The translations under genes were made by a program, and so were the position numbers. From positions 96,001 through 160,000 of the forward strand of contig CAWCXJ010000004.1 in NCBI GenBank assembly GCA_963799485.1: a DNA stretch of 64,000 nt, read 5' to 3'. Positions 28,838-38,709 of the stretch are shown here, in pieces (the first letter of the stretch is position 1; each line of letters begins with the position of its first letter). This DNA is from an uncultured Trueperaceae bacterium (lineage in GTDB: Bacteria; Deinococcota; Deinococci; Deinococcales; Trueperaceae). The notes below the pieces were generated by a model. The model did not search any database. It was not told the DNA's origin and saw only the letters and a program-made list of their open reading frames with translations.

Positions 28838-29809
28838 ATGGGCCCCGAAGTCAGCCTTATCTTTCCTACTCACAACCGTAAAACTATTTTGCGGACTCTC
28901 CTCGCCCACCTCGGCACGTTGTCCGGCCCTGACCACGAAGGCCCTGACCACGAAGTCATCGTTATCGACGACGCCTCGACCGACGGGACTTCGGAAATGC
29001 TCAGGCTCGAGTTTCCGGCGGTGCGTGTTCTCCGTAACGAGGTGGCGCGCGGCTTCGAGGCGCTCCCCGACGCTATCGCTATGGCGCGCGGCGAGTTCGT
29101 CTTTCAGCTCGACGACGACGCCTATCCTGCCGAAGCAACGCTCCGGCGTGTGGTCGCGCACTTTCGTGAACGGGGGCCGCAGCTAGCGCTCGTCGCGCTG
29201 CCCTTTGTCGAGCCCAAATCCGAGCGGACGAGCTACACACCCTACTTTCCGGCGCTCAGCAAAGGTCAGCGGTACGCGCCGACCCGGGGGTTTCACGCCG
29301 GGGCCGTCGCCTTTCGCCGTGCAGCGGCGCGCCAGATTCCGCCGAGCCCCGCGGGTTACTTTATGTACGAGACGGAGCCGCCGACCGTCATCGAGTACTT
29401 GGCAAAAGGGTGGGAAGCGGACTATCTACCCGGCGCGCCTGTTTATCACCTGTGGGATGCACGCGGGGCCAAGGTCAAAGTGAGGGCCGCCTATCTGCCA
29501 CTCCGTAACGACCTGGTCACGATTCGGCGCTACTACCGGGGCTGGCGCAAGGCCGAAATGCTCGCCGGGCGCTACTTGACGGGCTTAATTCACCTGACGG
29601 CAGCAGGACAACCGGGCGCGCTGCTGCGCGCAGTCAGAGAAGCCGACGCCATGCTGCTCGAGCGCCCCCCCAGACATATTCCCGATCACATTCTAGAGCG
29701 CGTTTACCCCTGCTTCGACGGCCTGACCCTGACCACGTTCTGGTCTGAGACCAATCGGCGGCGGGTTGGCTGGTTTTTGGGCTTTACTCCGATTGACCAG
29801 ACTTGCTAA
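28838..29809 (+). CDS. Glycosyltransferase family 2
   Basis: IFPTHNR, VIDDASTDGT, QLDDDA. Confidence 0.85.
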   Translation: MGPEVSLIFPTHNRKTILRTLLAHLGTLSGPDHEGPDHEVIVIDDASTDGTSEMLRLEFPAVRVLRNEVARGFEALPDAIAMARGEFVFQLDDDAYPAEATLRRVVAHFRERGPQLALVALPFVEPKSERTSYTPYFPALSKGQRYAPTRGFHAGAVAFRRAAARQIPPSPAGYFMYETEPPTVIEYLAKGWEADYLPGAPVYHLWDARGAKVKVRAAYLPLRNDLVTIRRYYRGWRKAEMLAGRYLTGLIHLTAAGQPGALLRAVREADAMLLERPPRHIPDHILERVYPCFDGLTLTTFWSETNRRRVGWFLGFTPIDQTC

Positions 29810-30794
29810 AGAGACCCGCAGCGGTTTTCGCCAACGCGCGTCCGCCGATAAGGGGCCCCACGATAAAGTAAAGATAGTAGCTCAGAGAGCGCCAGACGAT
29901 AACGGTCGTAGAGATCGCCTGCGGCGTGGCGCGCCCCGCTAGCGCAAACAGCAGCGCGCCCTCCACGTAGCCACTTGCGCCCGGCGTCGGGATGGCAAAG
30001 GCGAAAGCGTGAATCAGGGTGCGGATAGCGAGCAGCTCGAGGGGCGCAACGCCGAGCCGTAACGCCGCTGCGACCGCAAGCAAAAGGGAAAAATCGACAA
30101 CCCAGAAGAGTGCGGTGCAGGCGTGCAAGCCGAGGTGGGCGTACCAGGGCGCGTGGGCGAAAGTGCGACTGGCCGTTTCCAGGTTAAACAAGAACCCACG
30201 AACCCGCTCAGCGTAACGGCGCAGTCCCGGAGCCCGGAAAAGCGCGCGTATCGCATAGATCAGGAGCCGCAGCCGAAAGGTGAGCAGCAGGCTCAGCGCC
30301 AGCACGGTCACCGAAAACAGTGCCACGAGCCAGCCGAGCCCCGCAAGCGGCAGCGTCGTCCCGGCGTGAACGAGATAGAGAAACGCCACCGGCACGCTCC
30401 ACGAAAAGAACGCCATATCGAGTACGGTGACGAGTACGCTCGTAATCACCGCGTTTTGCAGCGGTACCTGGTAGCGGGTCAGCAGCCAGGTCAGCCCTAC
30501 CGCGTTGCCGCCCTCGGTAGGGGTTACCACCGACGCGAAGGTACCGACTAAGTGCGACCTGATACCTTGCCATAAAGTTAATGAGGCCCCACTAAAACGC
30601 ACCAGCAGCGCCGTGCGCCACCCCCCGACAAGCCAGCGCAGAACCAGTACGGCGGTGAGCAGGACGAGCTGGGACACGCCGAGGCGCGCAAGCGAGCGCA
30701 GCGTACTGGCGCTAAAGGTCTCGGGCAAGACGAGGTACAGGCTGCCGAGTCCTAGAGCCAGCGACAAAAAGGCTGTTTGGGCAAGTCTACGCAC
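29784..30794 (-). CDS. Lysylphosphatidylglycerol synthase TM / flippase-like (UPF0104) membrane protein
   Basis: Multi-pass hydrophobic; VTPTEGG, IPTPGASGYVE, VWRSLSYY. Confidence 0.82.
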   Translation of the reverse strand: MRRLAQTAFLSLALGLGSLYLVLPETFSASTLRSLARLGVSQLVLLTAVLVLRWLVGGWRTALLVRFSGASLTLWQGIRSHLVGTFASVVTPTEGGNAVGLTWLLTRYQVPLQNAVITSVLVTVLDMAFFSWSVPVAFLYLVHAGTTLPLAGLGWLVALFSVTVLALSLLLTFRLRLLIYAIRALFRAPGLRRYAERVRGFLFNLETASRTFAHAPWYAHLGLHACTALFWVVDFSLLLAVAAALRLGVAPLELLAIRTLIHAFAFAIPTPGASGYVEGALLFALAGRATPQAISTTVIVWRSLSYYLYFIVGPLIGGRALAKTAAGLFSKSGQSE

Positions 30795-30800
30795 GCGGCG

Positions 30801-31973
30801 TCAGCGTATCCCTTCGCCTATCAGTGTGGGGTCGGGCTGACGCGTTTCAGCGTAATGCACGATATAACGCCCCATACGCCGGGTCATATCGGGAAAATCG
30901 AAAAGCCGTGCACGCGCCGCGACCGCCGCTAGACGTTCGGGATGACGGTAATAGCTTGTAACCGCTTGCTTAAGTGCCGCCGGGGTCGGCACATACGCGC
31001 CGAGGTCGTGCGTTTCCAAAAAGTGGAGCATCTGGTTTTCTACGCCACCCGAGCGGCTGGACGCCAGCACCGGACGACCTACCGCCAGGCTCTCGAATAC
31101 TGCCGCCGGCCCGGTTTTACCGATGACCAGATCGCTCGCCGCCACAAAGTCGGCCATGTTGTCGATAAACCCTTCGACGTGCAAAAGGGGATCGTTGGTT
31201 GTCAACGCGCCGAGGCTACGCTGCAACTCGGTGTTGCGTCCGGCAACGACGACGACCTGAACCGGGAACGTAAGCTGCCGCAACGTCTGCACGAGTTCGT
31301 GGGGTTGTCCGCCCGTCCCCTCGCCGCCGAGCGAGATAAGGCAGGTAAAACAGTCCGTGAGGCCGAGTTTTTCTCTCGTACAGGCGCGGTCGTAAGGGCG
31401 TAAAAATGCCTGTTTGACCGGGTAGCCTACGACGTCGATCTTGTCGCGGTTGACGCCTAAACGCACCAGAATCTCTTTGGCTACAGGCGAACCCAGAACG
31501 AAACGCTCCGCCTGCGGCTCGGCCCAGAGCGCGGTCGCGTCGAGCGTCGAGGTCTGAAAGGTCAAGACGGGAACCTCGAGTCCGAAGCGGCGCTGGCTTA
31601 AGGTCAAGGCCGTCGTAAGCCAGCCGTGATTGGCGACGATAAGTTTGGGAGGCCGCTCTTTTAAGCGTGCAGCGGCTCGCCTGGCGAAGGTGTAGAGCAT
31701 GAGGCGGTGTGCGTTGACCGTTAAGCGCGGCATACTGTCGATCAACTTCTGTCCCCAGGTAATCGTCCAGGGCCGCGCGAGCGCCCCTTTCCACGAGCGT
31801 TTGTGCCGGGCGTCGAAGCGCTCGAACCCGAAATCTTTCATAAGGTCGGATATCTCGAGGGTGTACCGACCCGCGTAGTCCGCTGCTACTGCCTGCGCCA
31901 TCGCCTCAGCCGACGAGACGTGCGAACCACCCGCCGCAATCGTAGCGAAAAGAATCAGAGGTTTTTCCGGCAC
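30801..31973 (-). CDS. MGDG-synthase/UgtP-like glycosyltransferase (GT28)
   Basis: AGGSH, VGYPV, LGGEGTG, AGRN, GFIDNM, GKTGP; GTG start with AAGGAG RBS. Confidence 0.82.
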   Translation of the reverse strand: MPEKPLILFATIAAGGSHVSSAEAMAQAVAADYAGRYTLEISDLMKDFGFERFDARHKRSWKGALARPWTITWGQKLIDSMPRLTVNAHRLMLYTFARRAAARLKERPPKLIVANHGWLTTALTLSQRRFGLEVPVLTFQTSTLDATALWAEPQAERFVLGSPVAKEILVRLGVNRDKIDVVGYPVKQAFLRPYDRACTREKLGLTDCFTCLISLGGEGTGGQPHELVQTLRQLTFPVQVVVVAGRNTELQRSLGALTTNDPLLHVEGFIDNMADFVAASDLVIGKTGPAAVFESLAVGRPVLASSRSGGVENQMLHFLETHDLGAYVPTPAALKQAVTSYYRHPERLAAVAARARLFDFPDMTRRMGRYIVHYAETRQPDPTLIGEGIR

Positions 31974-32477
31974 ACTTAAGCTCCTTAATCTAACTGACCT
32001 TTCTGCAAAGCAAGAAATCCCACCGCTTAGCATAGGAATTCCTTAGTTTAACCTCATTTTCAGGTCGGCGTTCCAGCGCCTAGTTCATAACCCGGAAACC
32101 GGGAAAACAGGCGGCTGAGTAGCCACTTATACCAACTTGACTCGCGGCTACTGTTAAGCCGAGGGTGTCTGTGCGCCCGCCCGTAACTGCGTAAACACGC
32201 GCGGTTGGTTGTCATAACTTGACAACCAAACTTCACGCGGCAAAACGTTCGTTGTAGCCGCCCGGTCAAGCTGTCCCTACCAAGGGAGGTGCCGCACTGT
32301 GCCTGAGCCGCCCGTAAAGTTTTTCGTCTGCTCTCGAAACGCCCGGCACCTCGTCGGCGGGCCGCTCAAGTCCGCCCCAGACCTAACCAAGCCCCGATGA
32401 GACGCGGTTTTCATCGGTACCCCGTATGATTTGAGGGTGAACGCGCTTTTTTTCGCCGCTACCGGCTGGAGGTTCCC

Positions 32478-34781
32478 TTGTTTGCTGCTCTAGCCACGCT
32501 GGTTCGCCGCTATCCCCGTTACCTTTTGGCGCTGTGGACCGTTCTCCCACTGCTCGCGTTGCCCTTTGCCGGACGCGTCGGTGAGGTGCTTACGGCGCAG
32601 GCCGGGGTTGTACCGGGGAGTAGCGGTGCGCGCGTCGGCGAGCTTTTAAGCGCGGAGTTCGGTGGTCAAGACCAGAGCCTGCTGGTGCTGATCACCCGTT
32701 CCGCGGCCTCCAAAGTCGGAACCCCCGGCTTCGACGGCGACTACGCGAAGCTCGCTGCCGCACTGCAGGCGCTGCCCGGCGTAAGCAGCGTGCAGGACTA
32801 CCGCAATCCGGCAGGTTTGAACCTGATCGGCCCCGACCGGAGTTACGCCGTCTCGCTGCTAACCCTTGCTCAGTCGGTCGACGAACGGCGTACACTCGGG
32901 GCGATCGACGGGGTGCTTGGGGCCGCAACCATGTTTACCTACAACCTGTCGGGGGGGGCAGCGGTCAAACGCGAACTCGAGACCGTTAGTGAAAGGGACG
33001 CGCGGCGCGCCGAGCTGTTCGGCCTGCCGCTCAGCCTGATCGTTCTGACAGTCGCCTTCGGCGCACTTGTCGCTGCCGGCTTGCCGCTCCTGGTCGCGGC
33101 GGTGTCGGTCACGCTCTCCTACGCCCTGCTCTTTCTGATCGGGCAGTGGTTTCCCTTTTCGGTCTTTACCCAAACGATTGTGACAATGTTGGGGCTGGCG
33201 ACCGGCATCGACTACGCCCTGCTGATGGTCAACCGCTTCCGCGAAGAACTCGAGCATTCGGTAACGGCCAGAGACGCAGCGGCGGCGACCGTACTGACTG
33301 CGGGCAAGGCCGTGGCGTTTAGCGGTTTTACGGTGATGATTGCGCTGAGCGCCCTTCTGGTACCGCCACTCGACTTTATCCGCTCGATCGGGCTGGGCGC
33401 TATGGTCGTGTTGCTCGTCGGCGTGCTTGTTGCCGTAACCGCGCTGCCGGCGCTGCTCGCGCTGCTCGGCACCCGCGTCAACGCGGGCAAGCTGACGCGG
33501 CGCATTCCCGGACAGCGGAGCCGCGCCTTTTGGAGCCGGCGGGCGCGGCTGGTGCAGCGCCATCCGCTGCGCTGGGCGCTGGGCGGCACACTGCTCCTGA
33601 TTCTACTCGGCTTGCCGGCCTTGCGGATTGTTTTAGCCGATCCCGGCAGCGAAGGGTTGAGCCCGGCGACGGACGCGCGGCAGGTACAGGGGGCGCTCGA
33701 GGAGACCGGGCTCGCCGGCGTGCTCGATTCTTTTACGGCGGTGCTCGACTTCGGCGAAGGTGGATTTTTTAACCCGACAGCGGTGCGCGCAACCTCGCAA
33801 TTTTCACGGCAAGCTGCGAACATCGCGGAGATAGCCCAGGTTTTCTCGCCGACCACAGCCGGCGGTTTACCGTCTCTGCTCGTTTCCGGCTACTACGCCA
33901 CCCGCGAAACGGCGCTGGCGAGTCCTTTGGCCGAGCTTGTCGCGGAGACCGTAAGCCAAAACGGGCGCTACGTCCTGATCAGGCTTTTCCCCCAAGGCGA
34001 TCTTCCCCTCGCCGCCGTGCGCGGCGTCGAAGAGAGCCTGACCGCACTCGCAGGTGACCTCGGCGTAGCCGTTACGGTCGGCGGCAACCTCGTCCGTGAG
34101 CGCGAATGGACGAGGGCGCTTTACCAGAGCTTTCCGCTGGCTGTTGCGCTCGTCTACTGCGCCACGCTGATCTTGCTCGGCCTCGCCTTTCGTTCGCTGC
34201 TGATCCCGATCAAATCGATTGTGCTAAATACCCTGACGGTCGGGGCGGCTTTTGGGATCATCACGCTGATCTTTCAGTACGGTGTCGGCGTGTCGCTCTT
34301 CGGACTTCCCGAGGCGCTCGGGTACGTTGACAGCAGCACCCCGATTTTTGTCTTTGCCATCGTGTTTGGCCTGAGTATGGATTACGAGATTTTTCTGGTC
34401 GCGCGGGTTTACGAAGCGCACCTCCGGGGATACTCGGATAAAGAGGCGGTCGCCGAGGCGCTCGGCGCAACCGGCGGCGTCATCAGCAGTGCCGGACTGA
34501 TCATGATCGTGGTTTTTTCGGCCTTTATCGCCAGTCAGATCGTCTTGATCAAAACCCTGGCACTAGGTCTCGCTATCGCTATTTTTCTCGATATCACGCT
34601 CGTTCGGCTTGCGCTGGTACCTGCGGTCATGTCGCTTGCCGGAGCCTGGAACTGGTGGTTGCCGCGCCCGCTCCGGCGTTTAAGCGAGCGGCTCGATATG
34701 CACCACGGCGAGGTTCACGCCAATAGTGTTGGCCCCGGTGACGTTCATCGTGGCCAGGGGCGCGGCTCGACTGAACGATAG
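32478..34781 (+). CDS. MMPL/RND-family transporter
   Basis: GLATGIDYAL..RFREEL, FGLSMDYEIFL..RVYE, WNWWLP. Confidence 0.92.
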   Translation: MFAALATLVRRYPRYLLALWTVLPLLALPFAGRVGEVLTAQAGVVPGSSGARVGELLSAEFGGQDQSLLVLITRSAASKVGTPGFDGDYAKLAAALQALPGVSSVQDYRNPAGLNLIGPDRSYAVSLLTLAQSVDERRTLGAIDGVLGAATMFTYNLSGGAAVKRELETVSERDARRAELFGLPLSLIVLTVAFGALVAAGLPLLVAAVSVTLSYALLFLIGQWFPFSVFTQTIVTMLGLATGIDYALLMVNRFREELEHSVTARDAAAATVLTAGKAVAFSGFTVMIALSALLVPPLDFIRSIGLGAMVVLLVGVLVAVTALPALLALLGTRVNAGKLTRRIPGQRSRAFWSRRARLVQRHPLRWALGGTLLLILLGLPALRIVLADPGSEGLSPATDARQVQGALEETGLAGVLDSFTAVLDFGEGGFFNPTAVRATSQFSRQAANIAEIAQVFSPTTAGGLPSLLVSGYYATRETALASPLAELVAETVSQNGRYVLIRLFPQGDLPLAAVRGVEESLTALAGDLGVAVTVGGNLVREREWTRALYQSFPLAVALVYCATLILLGLAFRSLLIPIKSIVLNTLTVGAAFGIITLIFQYGVGVSLFGLPEALGYVDSSTPIFVFAIVFGLSMDYEIFLVARVYEAHLRGYSDKEAVAEALGATGGVISSAGLIMIVVFSAFIASQIVLIKTLALGLAIAIFLDITLVRLALVPAVMSLAGAWNWWLPRPLRRLSERLDMHHGEVHANSVGPGDVHRGQGRGSTER

Positions 34782-34844
34782 GGGAAACTGCGTCTCGAGC
34801 CAGCCGACACCGGCGTAGACACGCGTCTGCTACACTGCTTTGTT

Positions 34845-36248
34845 ATGCCGCTCGCCGCCCTACCCCCACAAGACACGCTCTACCCCGCCGCTATCTCACA
34901 GGTTCACCCCGGTTCACCGGCAGCCTGTGCGGGTGTGCAGATGGGTTGGGAGCTGCTCCGGGTCAACGGCGCGGCAGTCACGGATGTTTTGGCGTACCGG
35001 CGCGAGTTGGAGCGCGGCGACGTTACGCTACTCGTGCGCGACCCCCTGACGGGCGAAGAAGTAAGTTTCAGCGCCTCGTGGGAAGACCCGGGTCTCGAGT
35101 TCTCCGAAGTCATCTTCGACGGCCTCAAGCTCTGCGCCAACAAGTGCGAGTTTTGCTACGTCCACCAGATGCCCAAAGGCTTTCGCAAGAGCTTATATGT
35201 GATGGACGACGATTTTCGCACCAGCTTCCTTTACGGCTCGTTCGTGACGCTGACCAACCTCTCGGAACGCGACATCAACCGTATCCTGGACGAAAACCTG
35301 AGCCCGCTTTACGTCTCGGTGCATACCGCGAACGAAGACCTGCGCCGCGACATGATGAAGTGGTGGAAGCTCAAAGTCAAAGACCCGCAGGCGACCCGCA
35401 TTCGGGGGATGTTGGAGCGCCTCGAGCCCATCGACCTCTACACGCAGATGGTCTTGCTGCCGGGGCGTAACGACGGGGTACACCTCGAGGAAACTCTGGA
35501 GCATCTGGCGAGTTACGCTAACATTCAAGCGGTCGCCTGCGTCCCGGTCGGCTTGACCGACCACCGCCGCAACCTGCCCGCGCTGCGCCCCTACCGCCCC
35601 GACGAGGCGCGGGACGTTTTACGGCGGGTTCACGCGTTTCAAAAACGGATGTTAGGTGAGCGCGGCACCCGCTTTATCTTTCCGTCGGACGAGTTTTATC
35701 TGTTAGCCGACGAACCTTTGCCGGAGCAGAGCGCCTATGAGGGCTTTCCGATGTTGGAAAACGGTATCGGCATGATTCAGGACTTTTTAGGCGACCCGTT
35801 GCCGCTGTTGCCGACGCGTCTTGAAACGCCGCGTAAAGTCATCTTGGGAACCGGCCAACTTTTTGCCCCGGTTTTAGAACGCGCCGTCGCCCCGTTACGG
35901 GAGATTGACGGACTCGACCTCGAGGTTCGCCCTCTCAAAAACCGCACCTTTGGTGAGGTCACGACCGTTGCCGGACTCCTTGCCGGACGCGACTTTTTGA
36001 CGCAGATTACGCCGGGTGAGGCCGATTTGCTGCTCGTCTCGCCGAACGTCCTGAAATACGGCACCGAAACTATGTTGGACGAACGTACTTTGGACGACTT
36101 ACGGCGGGGGTTAGGGATGCAAGTCGAGGTCGGCGGTACCAACCTCGCTGAACTCGCCCAGGCGATTCTGACCGGCGTCGGTGAGGCGCACATGCCGCAG
36201 TTTGGCTTTTCTACCCACGCGATTAAAGAGGCGCAGCGCCAGCATTAG
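34845..36248 (+). CDS. DUF512 radical-SAM-like protein with N-terminal PDZ
   Basis: CANKCEFCY, DDDFRTSFLYG, ENGIG, TVAGLL. Confidence 0.88.
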   Translation: MPLAALPPQDTLYPAAISQVHPGSPAACAGVQMGWELLRVNGAAVTDVLAYRRELERGDVTLLVRDPLTGEEVSFSASWEDPGLEFSEVIFDGLKLCANKCEFCYVHQMPKGFRKSLYVMDDDFRTSFLYGSFVTLTNLSERDINRILDENLSPLYVSVHTANEDLRRDMMKWWKLKVKDPQATRIRGMLERLEPIDLYTQMVLLPGRNDGVHLEETLEHLASYANIQAVACVPVGLTDHRRNLPALRPYRPDEARDVLRRVHAFQKRMLGERGTRFIFPSDEFYLLADEPLPEQSAYEGFPMLENGIGMIQDFLGDPLPLLPTRLETPRKVILGTGQLFAPVLERAVAPLREIDGLDLEVRPLKNRTFGEVTTVAGLLAGRDFLTQITPGEADLLLVSPNVLKYGTETMLDERTLDDLRRGLGMQVEVGGTNLAELAQAILTGVGEAHMPQFGFSTHAIKEAQRQH

Positions 36249-36500
36249 GCTTGGCGACAAGCCACCCAGAAACCTTTCAAGTACTCTATAGAATGGCTTC
36301 AACGAACTGGAGGTTTGCTGTGGCATGTCCTATCTGTGCTTGGTCAAATGATGACGAAGATTACCCGTTTTTGTTTGAGACATCCTTGTGGCGAGTTGTT
36401 CTGGCACCAAATCAAGCTCTGCTTGGTCGCTGTGTTGTTCACCTTAAAAGGCACGAAGGCGATGTGGCGAATCAAACAGAAGCCGAGGTTAAGCAGTGGC

Positions 36501-37279
36501 GGTAATGGCCCACCGAAGAATGCTACGTTAAGGGATGGTCACAAAGGTCATAAGTTGCTACCACTGCGGGAGTGAAAAGCTCAAGAAGAACGGTTTTGCG
36601 CCTAACGGCAAACAGAAGTACTGGTGTAAAGCTTGCGGCAAAGCGAGCCGCGATAGGCCAGCTGCTAAAGGTTACCGCGAAGCGCGCAAGGAAGAGATTC
36701 TAAGGGCTTATCAGGAGCGTTCAAGCTTGCGAGGTCTGAGTCGCACGTTTGGCGTGTCTAGAACTACAGTGACGAAGTGGCTCAAAAAAAACCAAGACAT
36801 TAGCGCCACTCAAAGACACCCTGCTTCCCCCGGAGCGCCCTGAGCAAGTGATACTCGAACTCGATGAGCTTTGGTCTTTTGTAGGTTCTAAAAGCAACAA
36901 ACGCTGGGTCTGGTTCGCTCTTTGCAAACGGACACGGCAAGTTGTCGCGTGCGTTGTGGGTGGACGCGGTGAGGCAACGTGCAAACAGTTATGGCGTTCG
37001 GTACCTAAATCTTACCAGCAGGGCAGCTGCTACAGCGATTTTTGCAAAGCCTACCAACTTGTTCTCCCCAAAGAGCGCCATCAGGCCGTTGGCAAAGGCA
37101 CGGGTTTGACCAACCACCTTGAGCGTTTCAACTGTACTCTTAGGCAACGGCTTAGTCGCTTCGTTAGAAAAACCCTGTCTTTCTCCAAGTCCGATGCAAT
37201 GCACCTCATTTGCTTACACCTCTTCTTGCACCGCTACAACTTAGAGCGGGCTTCGAGCATTCGTTAATGGGCCACTACC
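36501..37279 (+). mobile_element. IS1-family insertion sequence (779 bp)
   Basis: IRL GGTAATGGCCCACCGAAGAATGC vs IRR (reverse complement) GGTAGTGGCCCATTAACGAATGC; 9-bp target duplication AGCAGTGGC (36492-36500, 37280-37288). Confidence 0.95.
36535..37267 (+). CDS. IS1 transposase InsA/InsB in two frames joined at an A8 run
   Basis: InsA Zn ribbon CYHC..CKAC + HTH; InsB ELDELWSFV, YSDF, ERFNCTLRQRL..RKTLSFSK. Confidence 0.9.
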
Positions 37280-37565
37280 AGCAGTGGCTAGATATTGCAA
37301 AAAGGCTTGAAATTGCGTTACAGTCAACTTTCGGAGCAACTATGTTTAACTGGTCTTGCTACATGAACCACTCGTACCGTACTAAACCTTACGAGCCGCA
37401 TATTCATTGGTGGGCCGTCGCACGTTATGAGCATCCGGTATCTTTTGAGGGTCAACCCTTTACCGACCCAACGTTCGGAGAACCTTACCAACATGAGCGG
37501 TACATTACTGTGACAGACAGCCTCCGAAAAAAAATCGTAGCCAGTCTACAAACCGCTTTACCTAG

Positions 37566-37865
37566 CTAGCTATCCGCAACAGCTAAGGTCTTTTCTTCAA
37601 CCTCTTTGGTCAGACTTTCAGCAAACCGCTCCGCGTAGCGCGGATGCAGCTGCGTATAGATTCGCTGTTCGGTACCCGGCAGCTCGACAAGCACATTGCA
37701 CGCTTGTTTGCACAAGTCGAAGCAGTCGTGCCGTAAAACGGCGGCGTCTACGCCTTTACGCATAAAGGTTTTTTCCAACCCTGCAGCGAGTTCGGCGGCC
37801 CCTCGTTTGCTACAGCTCTTGGCGCGGCAGACATGCACAGTGACGTGGTTTACGGCTTCTTTCAT
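37566..37865 (-). CDS. Thioredoxin-like (2Fe-2S) ferredoxin
   Basis: VCRAKSCSKRG...CFDLCKQACNV. Confidence 0.8.
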   Translation of the reverse strand: MKEAVNHVTVHVCRAKSCSKRGAAELAAGLEKTFMRKGVDAAVLRHDCFDLCKQACNVLVELPGTEQRIYTQLHPRYAERFAESLTKEVEEKTLAVADS

Positions 37866-38243
37866 CACCTTTTACGCTATCACGCGCTTTTATCCGGCCT
37901 CGTTGTGTTTGACAGAGATAACGGTGTTAAGTAGAGTATAGCCGTTATATCAGGTGCCAAACCGACCCGCGCCGTCCGTCTGCGTAAAAAGAGCAGCGCC
38001 CGTCGCCTGCAGCAGACTGGTCTTGGTCTGTAACTTTGGACAGTCGAAGTATAACCTAAGCCGCCAGGGGAACGAAAGCTCCAGGTGGTTTGCGAATGCC
38101 GTCGTGATAAAACAGGCTGGCGGCGCTCGAGCGTCCAACCTCTGTACCCCTTTTCGGCGATATAGTTCACAGGTTTACGGCAATACCGCTGAAGTGAAAG
38201 CCGCGTAACATTGCTAAAATTTGCACGGTGTAGTATTTGCACT

Positions 38244-38690
38244 ATGCAATTAGTTCCTAAAACCCCGGCAACCCGCTTTATGTACGGTTTCTGGAACTTA
38301 CGGCAACTCTTCGTCGCGCAGGTTTCGCCTAAACTACGTGAGCAGATAGATTTAGAGATTCCGGAGGTCTTTTTACTGGAATACATCGGCAAGAGCAGCC
38401 TCAGCCCGTCGGAGATTGCGGTGCAGATGCGGTTGCCGCCACACGCCATCAGCCGGCGGCTGGATACGCTCGAGAAACGCCGCCTGATTACGCGCCGTGT
38501 CGGGGAAGGCGACGCGCGGCGGCGGGTGCTGGGCCTGACGGCAAAGGGCAAGGCGGTTTCAGAAGAAGCCTCGGCGCTTTTGGAGAGCTACATAAGCGAG
38601 ATTTTGGGTGTACTCGAGCCCGGTACACTCGACGCGCTTTTGGGGGCGCTCGAGCAGTTGACCCAAAGCCAGTCTGAACCTGCCACCTAA
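38244..38690 (+). CDS. MarR-family regulator
   Basis: ISRRLDTLEKRRLITR..DARRRVLGLT. Confidence 0.88.
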   Translation: MQLVPKTPATRFMYGFWNLRQLFVAQVSPKLREQIDLEIPEVFLLEYIGKSSLSPSEIAVQMRLPPHAISRRLDTLEKRRLITRRVGEGDARRRVLGLTAKGKAVSEEASALLESYISEILGVLEPGTLDALLGALEQLTQSQSEPAT

Positions 38691-38709
38691 ACATCTATAA
38701 GGAGAACTT

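Larger units (their letters stand above)
36319..37569 (+). pseudogene. HIT-family protein interrupted by IS1
   Basis: MACPIC...EVKQW|LDIAKR...PHIHWW; removing the IS and one TSD copy restores the frame. Confidence 0.88.

Noticed and set aside
28422..28840. oriC/dnaA expected upstream of rpmH
   Set aside because: No dnaA and no DnaA-box cluster seen; the neighbour is a GT2 gene
32260..32400. Cobalamin riboswitch-like GCCGCACTGT
   Set aside because: No GGGAA/B12 box or AGYCAG elements, and no B12-related gene downstream
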